Assembly (NCBI GenBank): GCA_032718475.1
Contig: JAUCBJ010006695.1
Location: 62,001-126,000, forward strand
Source: Nemertoderma westbladi
Lineage: Eukaryota > Animalia > Xenacoelomorpha
Direction: 5' to 3'
DNA length: 64,000 nt
Part shown: positions 61,001-64,000 of the stretch, one piece after another
Layout of the letters: every line of letters begins with the position of its first letter
Position numbering within the stretch: the stretch's first letter is position 1
The notes under the pieces: generated by a model
Databases searched by the model: none
Told to the model about the DNA's origin: nothing
Seen by the model: only the letters and a program-made list of their open reading frames with translations
Made by a program: the position numbers and the translations under genes

Positions 61001-63270
61001 GGTAGCAAGCCGGAAGAATATCTACAGTTCCGGAGGATGTACAGCAATGAGATTTTAACCAAAAGCTCACAGAGGCAGAGCACCTTAAATATCTACATGT
61101 CTATACAGGGGGGCAAGCCTACGACATCGTGAGGCAATATCAAGGAATTGAAGGAGGATTTACAACAGCATGGAGAGCCTTGGATAGGGAATTTGGCCAT
61201 CCTGCGAAGATTATCCGACAAACCTTAAGGGGAATAACATCAGGCGGACTCAGAGATAACCCTGTTAGTATCAAGACCTTTGCTAACAAAGTAGAAAAGG
61301 CGCTGATAGTCTTAAAGACCCTAGATGCGCCATACAAACTCAATGCATTGAATAACATTACGACTATAACGCAGGCAATACTGATTTGGTTAAGGAACAA
61401 ATGGAGAAAGATCGCTTTTTCTACTCGAGAGAAGTAGGGTGCGGAGCCAGGGTTGGAAGAGATGTCAAACTTCCTTAACTACAAAGCCGAGTTGATAACG
61501 GATCCAGTGTACAGCGAGGAAAGTCTACAGCGAGGAAGGAAGGAACTAGCGAGGAAGGTACCGGAAGCGGAATGCAGCCGACCTAAAGTGGAACATAGTG
61601 CGGCGGATGCACTTCCGAAAATGAGGCAGTCGCTACCGCATGCGGCCACACAGGGGACTACGAGTCTGCAGAGTGCTGGGAGTAGATATGAACCCAATAC
61701 CCCCAGTAGGCCGAGTCCAACTCCAAACAACCAAAACACCAAACCGCTAGATATTAATCTTAACGCGATATGCAAAGCGCTATATGAGGAACGCTACAAC
61801 CATGATTACAAATGTCAATTGCATAGAAGCGGGACACACAAGTCCATAAACTGTAAGCATTGGCAGGTGTTACTTAAACAAGACCGAATAACCTACACTG
61901 AAAAATTTGGACTATGTCATCGATGTGTTGTAGGAGGACACAGGAAGGACGAATGTCAAGAACTACCAATTAATTATGCCGAGACTGATGGAACTGGAGG
62001 CCAGACAATGGTGATGAGCACCATGGGAGCAAGGAGGAAGAGAACAGTACTTCTCGGAGTAGTACCGGTGAGGATAATTGGAGAAAATGGACCATCAGTT
62101 ACAACATTAATGTTAGTCGATAGCGGAGCAGCGTTCATGCTGATGGAGAGTTTGGTGGCCGAGAAGACAGGATTAAAGACCAGGCCAAGTAAGATGGCAG
62201 TGACCACGATATCAAGCCAATACGAGGTCATGAAGAAGAGGATGGGATGGTGTAAAATTGGAGCAATAACACCAGGGTGCAACTATGGGGCTACCATCGA
62301 ACCCATTCAAATAATAGAGTCGATAAACATCAACGCCAGGCGACCTACATAGATTGAGATCAAACAATACCGGTACCTGGACAGCATCGACTTCTCCGTG
62401 CCTGAACTAGATTTCCCGAAAGTGAGGACATAGAGCAGAAGCCAAAGACGGACGATGGGGAGGTCCCATATGAGAAGCGGCCCAGGGAAGGATACCAGGA
62501 GTCTGGGACAGGTATGGATCTGGAACCACGCATAGTGGAAAGGGTGGAGGATGAGTCCAGAGAAATACCACCGATAGAGGAGTCAGGACGAAGAGCAACA
62601 GCGTACTTGGTGGACATGATTCCAAGTATGGTAGAGACACATTACTGGACAGATTCCATGGTAGTATTGGGATGGTTGCATAACGAGAAGACGCGTTATC
62701 CCATATTTGTAGCGAACCGAGTGGATGAGATAAGAGCAACAACTGACTTGGACAAGTGGCACTACTGCCCAACCAACGACAATCCAGCGGACTTGCTATC
62801 GAGGGGCATACTACGCCACGCTTTCTCGAGAAAGCAGGAGTTGTGGCAGCATGGCCCGCACTTCCTGAACAACAGGTCAAAGTGGCAACCAATGAGGAAG
62901 GTAGATCCAAGTGCAGAGGAAGAGATAGTAGAGGATGAGGGAAACGAATCGGAGGGGGAAGAAGTATCTAGCCAGCTAGTGAAGGAGACTAAGGAGACAC
63001 CACCACGATCTACGACGATAGTGTCGTGCGATAATCCAACAGATAGGTTGCTCAGTTACAGCTCTAGCTGGTATAAGATGAAGAAGCTTACTAGCTTCCA
63101 TATCTGAGGGCTTACAGAGAATTCCTTGGGGGCTGGTGCGGGCAGCAAGGTAAGACCCACCATCGATCTGGAAGGGGTGGCTAAAGCCGTGATATGATAC
63201 GAACAAAGGAAGGGATGTGGAGACGATGTAGACCGCATCAGGAAACAGCAGCGCCTTCATCAGGACAGGC
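58067..63270 (+). mobile_element. Decayed BEL/Pao LTR retrotransposon (Gag, protease, RNase H; no RT seen); boundaries approximate
   Basis: Gag fragments (ELPPVEPFKFDGSKPEEY; AWRALDREFGHP), knuckles CQLHRSGTHKSINC and CHRCVVGGHRKDEC, protease MLVDSGA, Pao RNase H WTDSMVVLGWL...FVANRV...NPADLLSRG; multiple stops and frameshifts. A putative LTR at ~58067-58350 has no partner in the window. Confidence 0.85.
60485..60602. repeat. Near-perfect ~55-bp-arm palindrome with a 6-nt loop, within an AT-rich insertion in the decayed Pao
   Basis: AACCCTAAGTCATAATCTAAGAAATT-CCGCTA-AATTTCTTAGATTATGACTTAGGGTT, extending outward with few mismatches. Confidence 0.85.
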
Positions 63271-63296
63271 TTTGAAATTAATACTCCATATCTCAA

Positions 63297-63357
63297 GAAC
63301 CTGTGGCCTAGTGGTTGTAGTCTCGGCTTCCACCTCGAGGTCCCAGGTTCGAATCCG
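63297..63357 (+). promoter_or_regulatory. tRNA-derived (SINE-head-like) internal Pol III promoter
   Basis: A-box TGGCCTAGTGG at 63304-63314 and B-box GGTTCGAATCC at 63346-63356 with tRNA-like spacing. The acceptor stem does not pair, so this is not a functional tRNA. Confidence 0.8.
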
Positions 63358-63359
63358 AC

Positions 63360-63402
63360 ACCACGCTGATGAGACCCAGTAAGGTCGAAACGCGTACGTG
63401 GT
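63360..63402 (+). ncRNA. Minimal type I hammerhead ribozyme
   Basis: Stem I ACCACG/CGTGGT; core CTGATGA (63366-63372); stem II GACC-CAGTAA-GGTC; GAAA (63387-63390); palindromic stem III ACGCGT; GTA cleavage triplet ending at 63396. Confidence 0.88.
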
Positions 63403-64000
63403 TTGGAGAGATATGAGATATTAATTTCAAGAAAAATTACACGATTCTTAAATTTGTACACTACCCGGTTAAAAAGTACGCATGTGATGGGATTAGTCCT
63501 ACAATTGCGCCAATAAAAGATAAGTTATTTTCGGTAAAATAAACTTATCATTCGAGGTAAAGACCCCTAGATCCCTTCCTATAATAAATCTATAATAACA
63601 AACACCTCGAAAAATACAGCTTGCCAACACATTGTTACTATCAATAATCAAATGACGGATCTCACTGACATGCCATACACATGCATGAGGCCCGAAAGAA
63701 GTGTGTGGAGAGTCACAGTGAAAGGGGGTTGAGTATGAGAGAATCGTGGGGGGAAAATACTGGGGTTCAGGGAAAGAAAGGAGTGCGAGGTCCAAGTGTG
63801 GGGAGCGAGCATAGAGTGGGTATAGAGTCCTATGGGACTAGTGAGCGAGGAGAATGGACAATCGAGTCCGAGACATAAAATTGTTGTGAGGAGTGAGGGC
63901 GATCGTCTAAAATGAGACGCCAGATGCCTTGGTACAGCTTAGCTCGCAGATGTACCAAGGATGGTACCCGAGAAGATAATTCCACCCCACATCCAATACT

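Noticed and set aside
63297-63370. Functional tRNA-Gly(TCC) gene
   Set aside because: A and B boxes are present, but the acceptor and anticodon stems do not pair properly; better explained as a SINE-type head.

Overview
AT-rich, repeat-dense animal (probably invertebrate) genomic DNA, with no prokaryotic features. Host genes: a two-exon kinesin-8 (KIF18-like) gene on the minus strand, whose single 2.4-kb intron is almost entirely a 36-bp satellite built from the exon end plus the 5' splice site, and two intronless clan-2 cytochrome P450 paralogues arranged head-to-head. Mobile DNA: a 5'-truncated RTE LINE and a 112-bp RTE stub (both with 12-bp TSDs); a young 11.6-kb BEL/Pao LTR element with apparently identical LTRs that encodes only Gag-protease; a second decayed BEL/Pao; a 9.8-kb element with minisatellite TIRs and a 9-bp TSD that contains an intact DD36E Tc1/mariner-type transposase ORF; and many MITEs (piggyBac-, hAT-, EnSpm/CMC-, Merlin- and IS3EU-like by termini and TSD). 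Several satellites are present. The most unusual small signal is at about 63.3-63.4 kb: a tRNA-like Pol III promoter fused directly to a minimal hammerhead ribozyme and enclosed by a 23-bp inverted repeat. All calls were made by eye; no searches were run.
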